This document shows, piece after piece, positions 38,968 to 52,710 of a stretch of 64,000 nucleotides of DNA. The DNA lies in contig JARFYF010000054.1 in the NCBI GenBank assembly GCA_030265395.1, positions 6,823,649 through 6,887,648 on the forward strand. Direction: 5' to 3'. This stretch comes from Rhina ancylostomus (taxonomy: Eukaryota). Position 1 is the stretch's first letter. Each line of letters begins with the position of its first letter. The position numbers and the translations under genes are program-made. The notes below the pieces were generated by a model that was given only the letters and a program-made list of their open reading frames with translations, had not been told where the DNA came from and did no database searches.

Positions 38968-41330
38968 TGTAGAAAGTGGGAGCACCTGTAGGCCATTTGC
39001 TCCTTTGAGCCTACTCTGCCATGGTTGATCCTCTATCTCAATACCATATTCTTGTTCTCTTCCCAATACTCCTTGCTCCCTTTTTGTGTCAAAAATCTTT
39101 CTTCCTCCTCCTCCAGTGACTTCAACGATGGTCTCACCATCTTCTGTTCACCACCCTCTGAGCGAAGAAATTTCTCCCCTTCTAAGTCCTAATTGTTGTA
39201 CCCCTTGTATTGAATCTGTGATTCCCTTTATTCTAGGTTCCCCAGCCAGGGGGAAATCTTTCCCTTGTACAATCTACCTAGCACTGTCAGAATTTTGTAC
39301 ATTTTAGTGAGTTCAAAAGAATGAGTTCACCTCTTATTCTTTTAAGCTCTTGTGTGCAGGCTTGGTCGATCTAATTTCTTCTCGTGACAATCTTATCATC
39401 CCAGGAATCAACCTTGGTTGCACTCCCTCTATGGCAAGCATTTCCTTCCTTGGATTAGGAGAACAAAACACACAATACTCCAGGTGTGATTTCACCAAGG
39501 CCCTGTAGCAGTTACTATACTCAAAACCTCCTGCAATGAAGGCCAACATTTCTTAACTGCTTGCTGCACTTGCATGTTTGCTTTCAGTGATTGGTGCACA
39601 AGGCCATCTAGATCCTTTTGTATATCAACATTTCCAATCTATCACCACTTAAATTATCCCTACCTTCCTTTTATTTGCTAACAAATGGATAACTTCAAAA
39701 TTACCTATGTTGTATTGCGTCAGCCGATATTTGCCCACTCACTCAAATTGTCTAAATTGCTTTGAAGCCCCTTGGCATCGTCAGAGCTCACAATCCCACC
39801 TTGGTTTATGTTGTTGGTAAATTTATGATTACATTTTTTTCCCGCATCCAAATCACTAATGTATATTGTGAGCAGCTAGAAACCAAGCACTGATCACTGT
39901 GGTACCCCACTGGCCACTGCCTGCTAACCTGACAGGCCCACTTGTTACTACTCTGTTTCCTGTCAGTCAACCAATTTTTAATCTATTTCAATATATTGCC
40001 CCAATCCCATGTGCTGTAATTTTGCATATTGACCTCTTATGTGGAACTTTATTAAAGGCCTTTTGAAAGTCCAAATATGCCAATATCCTCTGGTTCACTC
40101 TTACCTATTCTACAGTTACATGCTCAAAAAAACCTGTAGGTTTATCAAACTGGATTTCATCCTCGTAACTTCATACTGACTTTATCTAATGTTGTTGGTA
40201 TTTTTTTTAAATGTTCTGTTAATACATCCTTTATAATGGATTAGAATTTTCCCTACTGCTGATATTAGGTTAATCAGCCTGTAGTATCCTGTTTTCCTTC
40301 TCCCTCCTTTTTTGAATAGTGGGATTACATTGACTACCTTCATTTCCACGATATACAGAATTTTGGAGGATGACAACCATGGATCCAATATTTCAATGGT
40401 GACCTTTTTAGTACTCTGGGATGTAGATTATCAGACCCTGAGGATTTATCAGTTTTCAGTGGTATTACTTTCTCCAGTTCATTTTTACTAATCCTTCAAT
40501 TCCTCCTATTCATTAGACACTTCCTTCCCTAGCATTTTTGGGAAATTATTTGTGAATTCTTCCATGAAGACAGAACCAAAGTATTTGTTAATTCGCTCTG
40601 CCATTTTGTTCCTCATTACGAATTCTCCCAATTTTGACTGTAAGAGATCTACACTTGTCTTCAGTAATATTTTTCTTTTTACATATTTTGGAGAAGCTTT
40701 TACAGTTCACTTTTATGTACCTTGCATGTTTGTTCTTGCAGTTTTTCACTCTCCTAATCGAACTTTTGATCCTTTTTTTTGCTGAATTCTAAAGTATTCC
40801 CAGTCCTCAGGCATGCTACTTTTGCTGGCAACTTTATCTGTCTCCTCTTTGGATCTACTGCTTTGGTATTAAGAAATGATTGAGTCACTTTGTCTTTTGG
40901 TATTCTTGCTCCAGGAACATGTATTTCCTACCTATCCACTCCATCATAACTTTTACTGGAGCTTCATTATCTATGTTAGCCAACACACTTTACCTACCTT
41001 TGTAATTTGTTTTGTTTAAATTTATGACTCTAGTTACAGATTGAACTACTTTGGCTTCTGTTATAATGAAGAATTCTACCATTTTATAAAAGACCCCCCT
41101 TCAAAAAGATCATTAACTAACTCCTTCTCATTGCACTATATCTAACCGAACATAATATGTTCCCTAGTAGACTCCTCAACGACTTGGTCTGAAAACCCAC
41201 CTTGTACATACTCCAGGAATATATTCTCCCAATATATTGTTAACTTATTTTGGCTTGCCATTATTATTGATTACCCCTATTTGGTGCCACTCCTTATATT
41301 ACCATTACTACGTGGAGTCCTGTTAGACAA
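38968..41330 (-). mobile_element. long decayed CR1 LINE
   Basis: YRALVKSHLEYCVFCSP...AIEGVQ and NVIPLFKKGGRRKTGYYRLINLISAVGKIL, collinear over about 2.3 kb. Confidence 0.85.
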
Positions 41331-43859
41331 TTTACACCAATTTAAGTAAAATGCTAATTTAAAGCATTTTAAATACTTCATTGACGTATACAAAAAATAT
41401 ACATTCATTTAAGGGGGAAACTGTTGCAGTGCCTCTATTCAGTAATAAATCTTTAAGTCAGAATTTTTTTCACATGTACAGTATATAACATACGTTTATC
41501 TGGTGAGAAATTACGACTGGAAATTGAGAAAATGTAGACTGCCAGCTACTTTTCCCTTTTTAAGAATCCAATGCATCTGCACCCCTGTGGCACAGCAGGT
41601 TGGCATAATAGTACATTGTGCCACAGACTAAATAGGATGTGCACACTGGTGAATTCCCAGTTTTTGGTCAAGTTGTTGGGAAGGTGCCAAACAAAAGGTG
41701 CTTTCTTACAGGCTGGTGGTAAAGAGTGAATGAACTGCACTGCACCTACGTACCGAGCTGCTGCTTACAGTGCAGCATAGAAATGTGAATGATGACTACC
41801 CTCTTTTAGCCAGAAAATGACACGGTTATGGAAGTGTCCAAAACAAAATTACTCCCAACAATTTCTTTACATTGCTGTCTAACTTCCAGCAAATTGAACT
41901 TGGTTTATTGTTAAGTACTTGTCATTGCCTTCTGAAATAAAAGTGCTGGAAACATGCAGTAGGATGGGCAGCATAGGTTTCAGCTCTAAAACATTTTGTG
42001 TTCAGAGATGCTGTTTGACCTAATGGTCAGCATTTTGGTGGTTCATCTGATTTCCAGCCTCTGCAGGTTTTTTTTTTGCTGCTTGATTGTGAGCAACACC
42101 ATTGCTTTTCAAGTAGTTCATTGCATAAATGTTATTTAAAGCTGAGCCTCAGCTTATATACACTTAGGAATGTATATTTTGATCCCTGTCCTACTGTGGC
42201 TGTTAATTTTCTTTTATAAATTTTAGTTGGGTTTTTTTTGCTTAAATTAAGAACATATTACAGAGAGTGGTTAATAGTTTATGCAGAATAAACAATGGAT
42301 GGTGACCTTGTAGTTCAAAAGCAGCAGCAATAAAAATAATTTTATGTAATTGTGTTACGAGTGGTTTTAAATACAACAATCTAAAGTAATTTCTGTTTTT
42401 AATTCTACTTTTTGGGGGTGGGGGGGAGAGATTTAGATTTTAGTTCTATTATGTTTGATGTTTAGAAGTATTGAGCAGTATAGATGTATTTTCAAAATCA
42501 CATTTAAATAACAACAATTCTGATACCATTGGTTTATTTAATTTTTATACTATTAGTTCAGATAGCTCGTTAGAAATGGATTCCTTTGGCTTATCTCTGA
42601 AAAAGATAGTTAATGTTAGATTGCCCCTGACCATTTTAAAAACTAAAGAAAGGAACCAGGTTTGTGCTTAATTGCCCTTTAAAATGTCGTATCATTCTGT
42701 TGAATCTTTTCTGTTGGATCTAGCTTTTCCCACTAGTCCTAGGTTGGTGTAACACTGAACCATAAAATCCATCCTTTCATAATCTAGTTGCATTACAAAT
42801 ATTTTTATTTCTGTACACTCACTTTTAGTGTTTTATATAAATTGACATCTTCTGCTCATCCCCAGTTACTAGTCTCTCAAAGCATTTTTAAAACTCTAAT
42901 TCAGATGTAGATGTGAGCTGTATCCATCTTGTTCAAATGGTTTGCTGCCATTCAAAGTCCAGGCAAATAAAGGGTGGAGTTCTGACATCTTTAGGATCAT
43001 CCCAACTTTAGTTACTTTTTTAAGTGATGTGGTAGTTTGCTGAAGTGTTTCTTAGGAAAATCAGTTGTGTACTCTGTTTTCCAGGGCTATACTAAGTTTT
43101 TAAAAAAAGTCTTTAATGCATGTACTTCCTGAAAGTGAAATTCTGTTTTATGTGGGATCTAATTGGGTTATATATTTTTAAAATTTATTTACCATTCCCT
43201 CCTTTTTCCCAAAGATGTTAATTTCTATTCGGACACAATTTCATGAACATTGATTGACCTTGAAGAACTTTATCTAAATGACCGTTCTTTAAAGTAATTT
43301 AAATGATGGTTGCTGAATGTGAAGAACATTTGTTCTACAGCAGGGGTCGGGGGCAGGAATTAAATCTGACTTTTGCCCACTGGCAACCCCCATCGAAGAA
43401 ATATTCAGATATACCAAGGCAATTTCTGCTACTGCCATCAAGGACCTAGCTAAAAAAAGTATAAGCTAGTCATGGACTAGGAACTGAAACTAGAAGATTG
43501 GCTGTCTATCTTGCTCCATACCACACCACTCAACGCATATAACCATTGCATCACCTGAGGAGTCCTGTTTTCAAAAACTTCTTGTTTAACTATGCTTTAA
43601 ATACATTTTGTTTTATGGCATATTATCTTCAATCTGTTTCAACTAATATATGCAGCTCAGTAACGTGCTATTCACATAATGTGACAGATACTGGGATGTA
43701 GCTCTTGTCCTCTGCATTTAATTTTTTATTCTTAAGTGGCTTGTTATGTAGGGATTGTGGATCTGCATCACTCCTGTATACCCCTGTTTGATAAGAGTCT
43801 GGGCAAAGATTGTCTGCTCTTTGGTGAAACTGAGGAATGTATTTAATCTATATTATAGC

Positions 43860-44135
43860 CATAGAAAGATACAGCATGGAAATGGGTCCTTCACCCACTG
43901 AGTCCATGCTGACCATTGACCAGTTTATGTTAATCCTACAGTAATCCTATCATTCTATGCTCCCCACATTCTCATCTTAATCCTAACCCTCCAGATTCTA
44001 CCATTTGCCTCCACACCAGGGGCAATTTATAGTGTCCAATTAACCTACATGTCTGCATGTCTTTGAGATGTGGAGTGAAACTAAAGCACCTGGAGGAAAC
44101 CCATAGCGTCACAGAGAGAATGTGTAGACTCCACA
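43860..44135 (-). mobile_element. V-domain SINE with CR1-type tail (5' truncated)
   Basis: catgtctttgagatgtggagtgaaactaaagcacctggaggaaacccat. Confidence 0.7.
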
Positions 44136-44657
44136 TAATGTTGTAGGTTACATAACATTACCATTTAGCACAATGATGAAAAAATATTTAGGACTGAATA
44201 ACATTTTAAGAAGAATTACTTAAAACAATTCAAATGAGTTACTTTGTATATCAGTGGTAATTCATTTTGATAAAAATTACTTGTATGACAAAAATGGACA
44301 TCAACCATAGATTACGTTTTCTATTCTCCTGACCTCCAGTCTCAGTTTAATTTCTTTTCATTGTTGATTAAGCAGAAGAATGTAAGTATTTTGCACCTCC
44401 TCCATATTACCTGCCCTCCCCCACCCCCTCCCATCACCACCCCTCTACATGCACCACCAGAGGGAAGCCATCTGCCATTTTTAGGCTCAAAGCCCATTTG
44501 GGCATTACTTAGCAAACAGAACATTCTGTATTGAACAGTCACAGAGTTCCGTACAGATAAGACATCACAAACAGAATGTTAAGGATTTAAAAACATTTCA
44601 ACATTGCTTGAGAAGACTGCATAAACTAAAGAGGTTAGAAGAATCAGTGTGAAATGA

Positions 44658-44730
44658 AATCAGTCAGGCAGCATCTGTGGAGAGAGAAGCATTGTTAATG
44701 TTTTGGGTCAATGACCTTTCATCAGAACTG
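44658..44730 (-). mobile_element. Penelope-derived short element with hammerhead-like core
   Basis: The minus strand reads CTGATGA-aa-GGTC att GACC-CAAAAC. Confidence 0.6.
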
Positions 44731-45525
44731 TACTATATGAGTGGTAGATAGTTTAGGATGTTTAATTACTGTACTAAATGTAATCATTGTCATTCAGAAA
44801 ATACAAAGAAATGCATCATTTCCATTTGGCCCGGGAAGGGTTAACTGTTCCTTTGTTTCGCTCTCAAATCCAGCTTGTGTTTTCATTAGACTGAAGTTCT
44901 TGGAAATTCAATTGAGAGGGATGACTCCATGAATAGTTTGAAACAGGAGTGTTTTTGCAGGCGTCATTAGCTTAAACTGAATATGAGACACTGAACGTCA
45001 ACAAGCAGTCGGAGATAAATTTGTCAGCAAATGCTGCTGACCTGCTCTTGAACTGTTAGTTGTTTTGAATTTTTTCATCTTGTGACTCACTTCCGTTGTT
45101 ATGTTGATTGCCACCTTTTATTTCTAGAATGCCACCACTGCTGCTTTTGGACAATGTGTTCCCATTTACATTCCCTATATTTGTTTTCTTGGAACTTCTA
45201 GGTTTTATGTAATTAAAGTGGCTGCATGGAGAAAGAAAGGATATGTACGGGTTTAGCTTCCCTGAAGTAAAGCTTATTTGGTTAACCCAGACAAAGTTGA
45301 AAGAAGATTTGTGGGAGTTCTGTGCAAAGAGTAATCATATTTCAAGTGGGATGTTGTTTACAAGACAGAAACAACCATTGACTGCAGCTTGCCAGATTGA
45401 TGTCACACACAGTAGCAACTCATTACTTTTTATCTGGCTCCTGAAATATTAGGTTTTTAATTGTTCAGGTACATTGAGCAGCCAGAACTCCTGCCTCAAG
45501 ACCAACTCTTGTGTTTTGACTCCAG

Positions 45526-45663
45526 GCAGTGTCCACCTCCAGTGTCCCCTCGTACTGAGTCAGCTCCAATTCCTGTCCCTACGCAGATTAGAAACTACCA
45601 GCGGATTGAACAGAACCTGCATGTCATTTCCAGCCACAACACTAATCCCTATGGATCACCCAG
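45526..45663 (+). CDS. ULK2: ULK2 exon 15 (138 nt), [31 protein letters not shown]...GSPR
   Basis: ctccAG / GTacgt; an in-frame alternative upstream acceptor is possible at 45469. Confidence 0.93.
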
Positions 45664-45871
45664 GTACGTTATTTGTTGGTGTTCCGTGTAGTTTATAACG
45701 TAATCCTAAAATGACTTCTCTTCCAAAATTTCTCATTGACAAAAGTTTTTAAATTACTAGATTACAACCTAAACTGATATAGGTTGCATTACTCAGTGTT
45801 TGATTTGCATTGGTGTCCTACGGTGGTATGAATGGAGCTTAAGCAAAGTATTTCTATACTTGAGCAAAGTC

Positions 45872-46186
45872 TATAACAAGAGGGATAAGTATAAGATGAT
45901 AGGGAGAAAGTTTAAAAGGGAGGCAACTTTTTCACACAGGGTGGTGGGTATATAGACCGAGCCATAGAGGTGGGTACATGGAGGAAGCCATAGAGGTGGG
46001 TACATGGAGGAAGCCATAGAGGTGGGTACATTTACAATGTTTAAAAGACATGTAGACAAGTACATGGATAGAAAAAGCAGAGAGGGGTATAGACCAAACG
46101 CAGGCAAATGGGACTAGCTCAGATGGACAGCATGAATGAGTTGGGCTGAAAGACCTGTTTCCAAGCTGTATTGCTCTATGACTCTG
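45872..46186 (+). mobile_element. CR1 3' end with internal 26-bp tandem repeat (45961-46031)
   Basis: aactttttcacacagggtggtggg...gacaagtacatggatag...ctgtattgctctatgactct; unit gccatagaggtgggtacatggaggaa x2.7. Confidence 0.85.
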
Positions 46187-46433
46187 TCTGCTTTTGTCAC
46201 ACAATCAGTTTCTATCTGAGGATAATTTTTTTTCCTGAGTTATACTTGAACCAATTTCTAGATACCCACTGCTATTTTCATTCCCAGTTGCAATAAAATT
46301 TGGGATAAACTAAGTGTTGAACACCTTTTTTAAAAATGTCAAAATGATTAACTGTTATTGACTTCTTTGCTCAGCCATTAAACGATGCTGCCATTATAAA
46401 TTATTAGATTTTCACCTGAATGTTAACAATATT

Positions 46434-46984
46434 CTAGAACCATAGAACACTACAGCACAGAAAACAGGCCATTCGGCCCTTATAGTCTGTGCCAAAACGT
46501 TATTCTGCTAGTCCCATTTACCTGCACCCAGTCCATAACCCTCCAGCCCTCTCCCATCCATGTATCTATCCAACTTATTCTTAAAACTCGTGAGCACACA
46601 TTTACTACATAAGATGGCAGCCCGTTCCATACTCCCACCACTCTNNNNNNNNNNNNNNNNNNNNNNNNNNNNNNNNNNNNNNNNNNNNNNNNNNNNNNNN
46701 NNNNNNNNNNNNNNNNNNNNNNNNNNNNNNNNNNNNNNNNNNNNTTCTAGTAAATCTCCTCTGCACTCTTTCAATCTTACTGATATCCTTCCTATAGTTA
46801 GGTGACCAGAACTGCGCACAATACTCCAAATTTGGCCTCACCGTAACATCCCAACTCCTGTACTCAGTACTTTGATGTATGAATGCCAGGATGCCAAAAG
46901 CTTTTTTTACAACCCTGTCTACCTACGATGCCACTTTCAGGGAATTATGTATCTGAACTCCCAGATTCCTGTGTTCCTCCACAC
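46434..46984 (-). mobile_element. CR1 LINE 3' fragment (contains a gap)
   Basis: RPNLEYCAQFWSPNYRKDISKIERVQRRFTR; tail (tagaacca)n. Confidence 0.88.
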
Positions 46985-49529
46985 AGAAGGAAATGGACTT
47001 CCACATTAATTTGTATCAGCAGATCTGTTGATATTGCTCAGAGTGCCATCACTGGGATAATTGAGAACAGGAGTTTTAAGTTACTGCACAGGCTTGTATA
47101 ATATGGGACAGGCGCATCAGCCGATTTGCAGGATGTTGATCTTGCTTCTTTGAGTTTTTGCTAATGCTGGAGCCTTGAGGTCATTTGTGTTAGCATCTAA
47201 GGTATACAACATTTGGTGTCCTGTAGACGCTGGTGGGAAACCACCTGGAATGGGGTAAATGAGGAGAATGGGTCAGGAATTGACAAGGCTTTGAAGCTGG
47301 CAGGAAATGGATTGAAGTTGGTGCGTATAGTGAGGACATTAATATACAAGCAGTCTAGCCTTTGTGTAATGCCACACCTATCCCAGTGTGTTTGACTCTA
47401 TATTTGAAATTACTGAGCAGGCTACCAAGTTGTGTCTGACTGCGTAGTGTTTCCAGAGTCCCAACTACCATCTTGACAAAGTAACTCAAGACAAAAAATA
47501 CCTGCCTTTCTAGTAAGTCACTTCCAAAATATAAAGCATAAGTTGTGCTGTATGTTTTAAAACATTAGATTTCTATCTGAAGAGGAAATAACTATATGTT
47601 TTGTAGAATCTGAGCTGGATGGATTAGGTAGTTGAGGAGACCCCACTGACTTTGGACCTTTATGCCTCCACCAGCAACATTGTTGTCCAAATACACCATC
47701 AGAACCTCAGTAGAGATTGAAAATTGACCATTTATTTTTGAGTGTATCATTGCACATCCTGTGGCTTGGAATATGTTTGAGCTCCAAAATCCACACAATA
47801 CTGAAATGATGAAAAAAAGTTGTTAAAATACTAGAAAAGATGATTGTGGGCAATTGTCATTGAGTAAAAATCCTTTGTTTCCTTTATTTGTCTTAAGGCG
47901 TCCTTGAATAGGTCTCTGTATGTTGTTGAACAGTTTACCTTTTGCTTGACTTCGCTTTGTTCAAATTGCAATTTAAAAAAAAGTGAGTAAGTGACATTGT
48001 TAGGAATTAATTTATAATTCCCTAGTTTTATATAGTCCAACAATTTTCAATGTGATGGAATGGTTTCTTTTCACCTTGGGGTTTTCTAATTATTGAATTT
48101 TCCAGTCTCATTTATGATTTCTAAAGATACTACAAGAAGTGGCTTCCTCATGATAAGAAAGTTAAGCAATAAGTTAACAGGTCAGAGGGAAGCATTGACA
48201 GAGATATATATGGGTGTATGTGACAGGTCACTCAGCCTTCTCGGGATTGAAATTGGTGGTTCTGTTGCCTAGGGGCTCAGAATAAAGGTGGAACATGTTT
48301 TTTGTTTATAAAGGGAGAGAATAATTTCAACGTGGGCATACTTGTATGAGCCATTGTTAATAAAATGTGCTAAACCCAGCAAATATAGATCACAAAGGGC
48401 AGAAACTATCTTAGCTATGGAACTTGTGTGTTGTGCCACCTGGAGGCAGGTTTTGAGGTCAGCTTTTACTGCAAACCCATGCTAAAACCAGTTGCTGANN
48501 NNNNNNNNNNNNNNNNNNNNNNNNNNNNNNNNNNNNNNNNNNNNNNNNNNNNNNNNNNNNNNNNNNNNNNNNNNNNNNNNNNNNNNNNNNNNNNNNNNTC
48601 CATGGAAAGGTGTGATTATAAATAGGACAAATCATCCATTAGCTAGTAATTTACCTAGTAGATAATTATACAAAAGTCAGGAAGTCTTTTTTAACTGAAA
48701 GGGGATAAATATATGATGTAAGTGGTAGAATACAAGCCCTTTAATGTCAAGAAAGAGCTGGGCTTCACAGCAGATGAGATTCAGTTATTAGAAAAGCACC
48801 AATTGAAAGCTTATTCAAGTGAGCTAGTAAGCTAATGTTCTTCTCGCCCCTGAGAAAGTTCAATCCATATTCTTTGGTAATTGCTTCTGTGCTGTAATTG
48901 CAGTGGAGTTCAAGGCTTCCAGGTAATAGTACAGAAATTAAAACCAGATGCCATCCTTTCATTGTTGCCCATTCCTTTTGTAAATTGGACTTCATCAAGA
49001 CTACATCGAGGTGATGTATTTGAGAGCTCAAAAATACAAGACTATGGTGAGATAGCTCAGGGCTTCAAATTTGGAACTTAAGAAATAATTGCCCGTTTTC
49101 AAAAAAAGGCTGAAGGGTTTCACTGATATAGACAGCTTATCCAAATCTATGATGTTTGGAACTTAACTAGTCATGCCCTATTAACCTATCATCCTGGTGC
49201 TTGTTAACTTGATTGACTTTCTGTCTGGCAAATTGTCACTTTTAAAATTCATATCCAGTTTCAGCCCCCTCCATGGCCTTGCCCCCGTGCTATCTCTAAA
49301 GCCACCTATAATCCTACAACTTCCTACGAAACCTTCCAGCAGTCCGTTTCTGGCCCCCTGAGATACCATTCTTCATCATTGGTGGTCCATGCTCTCTAAA
49401 CTCCCTCCCTAAACCTTTCTATTTCTTTTTGTCAATAGTTCTTTTTTGTCCTTGTGAATCAATGTAAACATAATACTGGTTGAAATGGCTTGTGATGTTT
49501 AACTACAGCACGATGCAAATACATAAGCA

Positions 49530-49697
49530 AAAAACGAGTTGCAGGAGCAGCTCAGCAGGTCAAGCAGCATCTATTGGAGAGAAATGGGCAGTCAACATTT
49601 CTGATTGAGGCCCTTCATTTACACTGCTGCCTGAGCTGCTGAGTTCCTCCAGCAGCTCATTTTGCTCCAGCTTCCAGCATTTGCAGTCTCTTGTGAC
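49530..49697. repeat. Penelope-derived fold-back element
   Basis: gcaggagcagctcagcaggtcaagcagc pairs with gctgcctgagctgctgagttcctccagc. Confidence 0.7.
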
Positions 49698-49755
49698 TCT
49701 GTGATGCAAATACATGTTATTGTAAATTCATTTGTTTTCTTTGTGAATTTTTCAG

Positions 49756-49901
49756 GTCTGGAATGGTAAAGAGATCTAATACAAGCCCAATGGGTTTTAT
49801 GAAGCCAACAGGAGGGTCACCAGCCACAGCTGATGCACCACAAAACCCTGGCCGCAGACTCTCCACCGGATCCTCCAGGCCATATTCCCCTTCACCATTA
49901 G
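49756..49901 (+). CDS. ULK2: ULK2 exon 16 (146 nt), [16 protein letters not shown]...[16 protein letters not shown]
   Basis: tttcAG / GTacgt. Confidence 0.95.
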
Positions 49902-50743
49902 GTACGTAAATGGAATACATTTGATAGCATATTAGATTTTGGTCAGATTTCTATTACAAGCTGCAGCAAAAAACATGCAGAAGGCAGAATTTGTCCTACA
50001 TTACCCCAGACATGTACATAGCTGTAGGGGACATGGCATAAAGATATTATGTCTGTCCTCAAACATATTACGTCTGTCACACATCCATGGTAATTCTATT
50101 TGATCAATTTGTTCCTGCCCAATGCTTTATTCTTCTACCTCTGTAAATAGATTCCAGGGACCTCCCTGCAATTACTATTGGTCCTTTAGTAAATTTAAGA
50201 TTCTATGCTTGTAGAGTCTAGTTTTCCTTTCTTCCCTGATTAAATGACTTGATGACATATGTAATTTTCCAGTCCCAATGGGAAAACTCCTGAACCTTGA
50301 GTGTTTTGAACATTATATCAAATTCATCTTCAACTTCATTATTTTTTAACACCTTAGGATGGAAAGTGTCAAGTAGAGATTAAGTCCCATTATTTTCCCG
50401 ACTGTCTTTGATTTGATCTTAAAATTCACTACGCTCTTCCGAATGATTTATTTTGGTTCCCTTGTACCTTTTTAGTATTTTGTTATTCTCTTCACCGTGA
50501 AAACTCATTCAAATTGCTAATTTAACAAGTTTGCTTTTTTTTTCTTTTTTTGTGGTTTTGCAGCTATATTTTAAATGGATCCATAGTTATCACACACTCT
50601 TGATTTATATTTTTTAAAAATTGCTGTTAGTTATGAAATGTCTTCAAGTTAATTGGAATGTTCATGTGAAACTTCATTAACGTTAAAATAGTTTCTTTTT
50701 AAAATGATCTAAATGTGTCTTATTAATGGTTGTGTTTCTGCAG

Positions 50744-50824
50744 TTGGCACTATTCCTGAACAGCTTAGCCACTGCTGCTGTGGTCTGCCCCAGGGACATG
50801 AATCGAGATCCAGAACACCATCAG
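50744..50824 (+). CDS. ULK2: ULK2 exon 17 (81 nt), [27 protein letters not shown]
   Basis: ctgcAG / GTgagc. Confidence 0.95.
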
Positions 50825-51754
50825 GTGAGCATTATAGGAAGTAGGAGTCAAATTCTTGCATACTAGTTGCTTTATGAAATGTGAATTAACAAGTATAAAG
50901 CATATTGGAGCAAGCATCTGTTCAGCATTAGAGTACTTGGTTATGTGATCATAGGGATCAAGGTGACAAGGCTTATCCACAATCAATGGAATTATTTCAA
51001 ACAATTAATGCATTTGTTTGTCTGTACTATTTCCATGTAATGAGAGATCAATGGATCACAAATAGGCAAGCTTTTCATTAACACATTGCATCATAGCACG
51101 TTCAATATTTTGACTTGTAGAGAAAATTCTTGAGCCAAATGTGTCAAGACTTTTTGGTTGTTAATAAGTGCAGTTCAAATGAAGAGCCAATATTTGGAAC
51201 GGAGCAAGGACAGTGAGTGACTGGAATTTTATGCAAAGTAAAATGCTAATGTTGATAAGCCTTGCTACTTTCTTTGAAAAGCATAGTAATACACAGAGCT
51301 CAGCTAACTATCCAGATAGGAAGGGCACTGGTTCTGGTGTCTTTTTGTAGTAGGGCTGTTCACTGAAACCACGACCATGGAGAAAGTCTCAGTATCATTG
51401 AATATTGCATGGGTAACTGTTAACCCTACAGATAGGTGGTAGCTGGGTAAGTTACAGACACTGGCAAAGACTGAGTCTGTGATGTTTCTTGCAGAGATGT
51501 ATGATGTGCAGTGGTAAGGATACAAGTGGGGTAGCAGCAGGGAGTTTGCAAGGAGTGGATGGCCGTATAGACCTTGTTGCTCATTGGGAGTGGGATATAA
51601 TTTTTGTTGTGATGCAAAAGAGGGAGCTGGGATAATATTGACAGTGTTACTCTGATAGAAGAGGGGAATTGGAGGAGGAGGAGGAATCTGACATTAGTCA
51701 TGACAAATATCTCTAAGAGGCAATCTGTGGCGTTTGCTCAAATGAATACTTGTG

Positions 51755-52710
51755 AAACATAAAACAGTACATCACTGGAACAGGCCCTTCAGCCCACGGT
51801 GTCTGTGCCAACTATGATGCCAATTTAGATATGATATCTTTGTTAGTCACATGTACATCGAAACACACAGTGAAATGCATCTTTTGTGTAGGATGTTCTG
51901 GGGGCAGCCCGCAAGTGTCACCACGCTTCCAGCACCAACATAGCATGCCCACAACTTCCTAACCTGTACATCTTTGGAACATGGGAGGAAACCAGAGCAC
52001 CCGGAGGAAACCCACGCAGTCACGGGGAGAACGTACAAACTCCTTACAGACTGGTCGGAATTGAACCCGGGTTGCTGGAGCTGTAAAGCATTACACTAAC
52101 CACTACACTACCATGCCTGCACACATTTCTATATCCCTCAATTTCTTGTCTGTTCTTATGTCTATCCATGTATATCTAAATGCCTTTTAGAAGTTGCTAT
52201 CATATCTGTTTCCACCAGCTCCCCTGGCAGCGCATTCCAGGCACACACTGTGTTTAAAAAAAACTTGCCTTGCACATTTCCTTTAAACTTTACCCCTCTC
52301 ACCTTGAAGCTAAGCCCTCTAGTATTTGACATTTCTACCCTGAGTTAAAAAAACTCTAACTTTCAATGCCACTCATAATTAGAAACTTCGATCAGGTCAC
52401 CCCTCAGCCTCCAACATTCCAGAGAAAACAATCCAAGTTTGTTCAGCCTGTTTTTATAGCTAATACTCTAATCCAGGCAACATCCTGTTGAANNNNNNNN
52501 NNNNNNNNNNNNNNNNNNNNNNNNNNNNNNNNNNNNNNNNNNNNNNNNNNNNNNNNNNNNNNNNNNNNNNNNNNNNNNNNNNNNNNNNNNNNGTTGAATA
52601 TCCTCTGCACCCTCTCCACTGTCTCCACATTCATCCTGTAATGTGGCGACCAGAACTGCACACAGTACTTCAAATGTGGCCTAACCACAGTTTTCTAAAA
52701 TTGTAGAACA
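51755..52710 (-). mobile_element. CR1 3' fragment interrupted by a SINE
   Basis: VRPHLKYCVQFWSPHYRMNVETVERVQR; the 3' UTR at 51755-51826 resumes after 52120. Confidence 0.8.
51827..52120 (-). mobile_element. young V-domain SINE, full length
   Basis: Reverse complement of the 25662 family; ggaattgaacccggg B box; ttagtcacatgtacatcgaaacacacag tail. Confidence 0.9.

Noticed and set aside
51304-51701. Minus-strand ORFs as a possible retroelement or gene
   Set aside because: Only weak hints of a decayed Penelope-like segment; cannot be supported without a profile search
52493-52591. Missing sequence in the approximately 100-N gap within a CR1
   Set aside because: The flanks overlap (gttgaa on both sides) and the CR1 reads straight through, so the gap is probably a scaffolding placeholder
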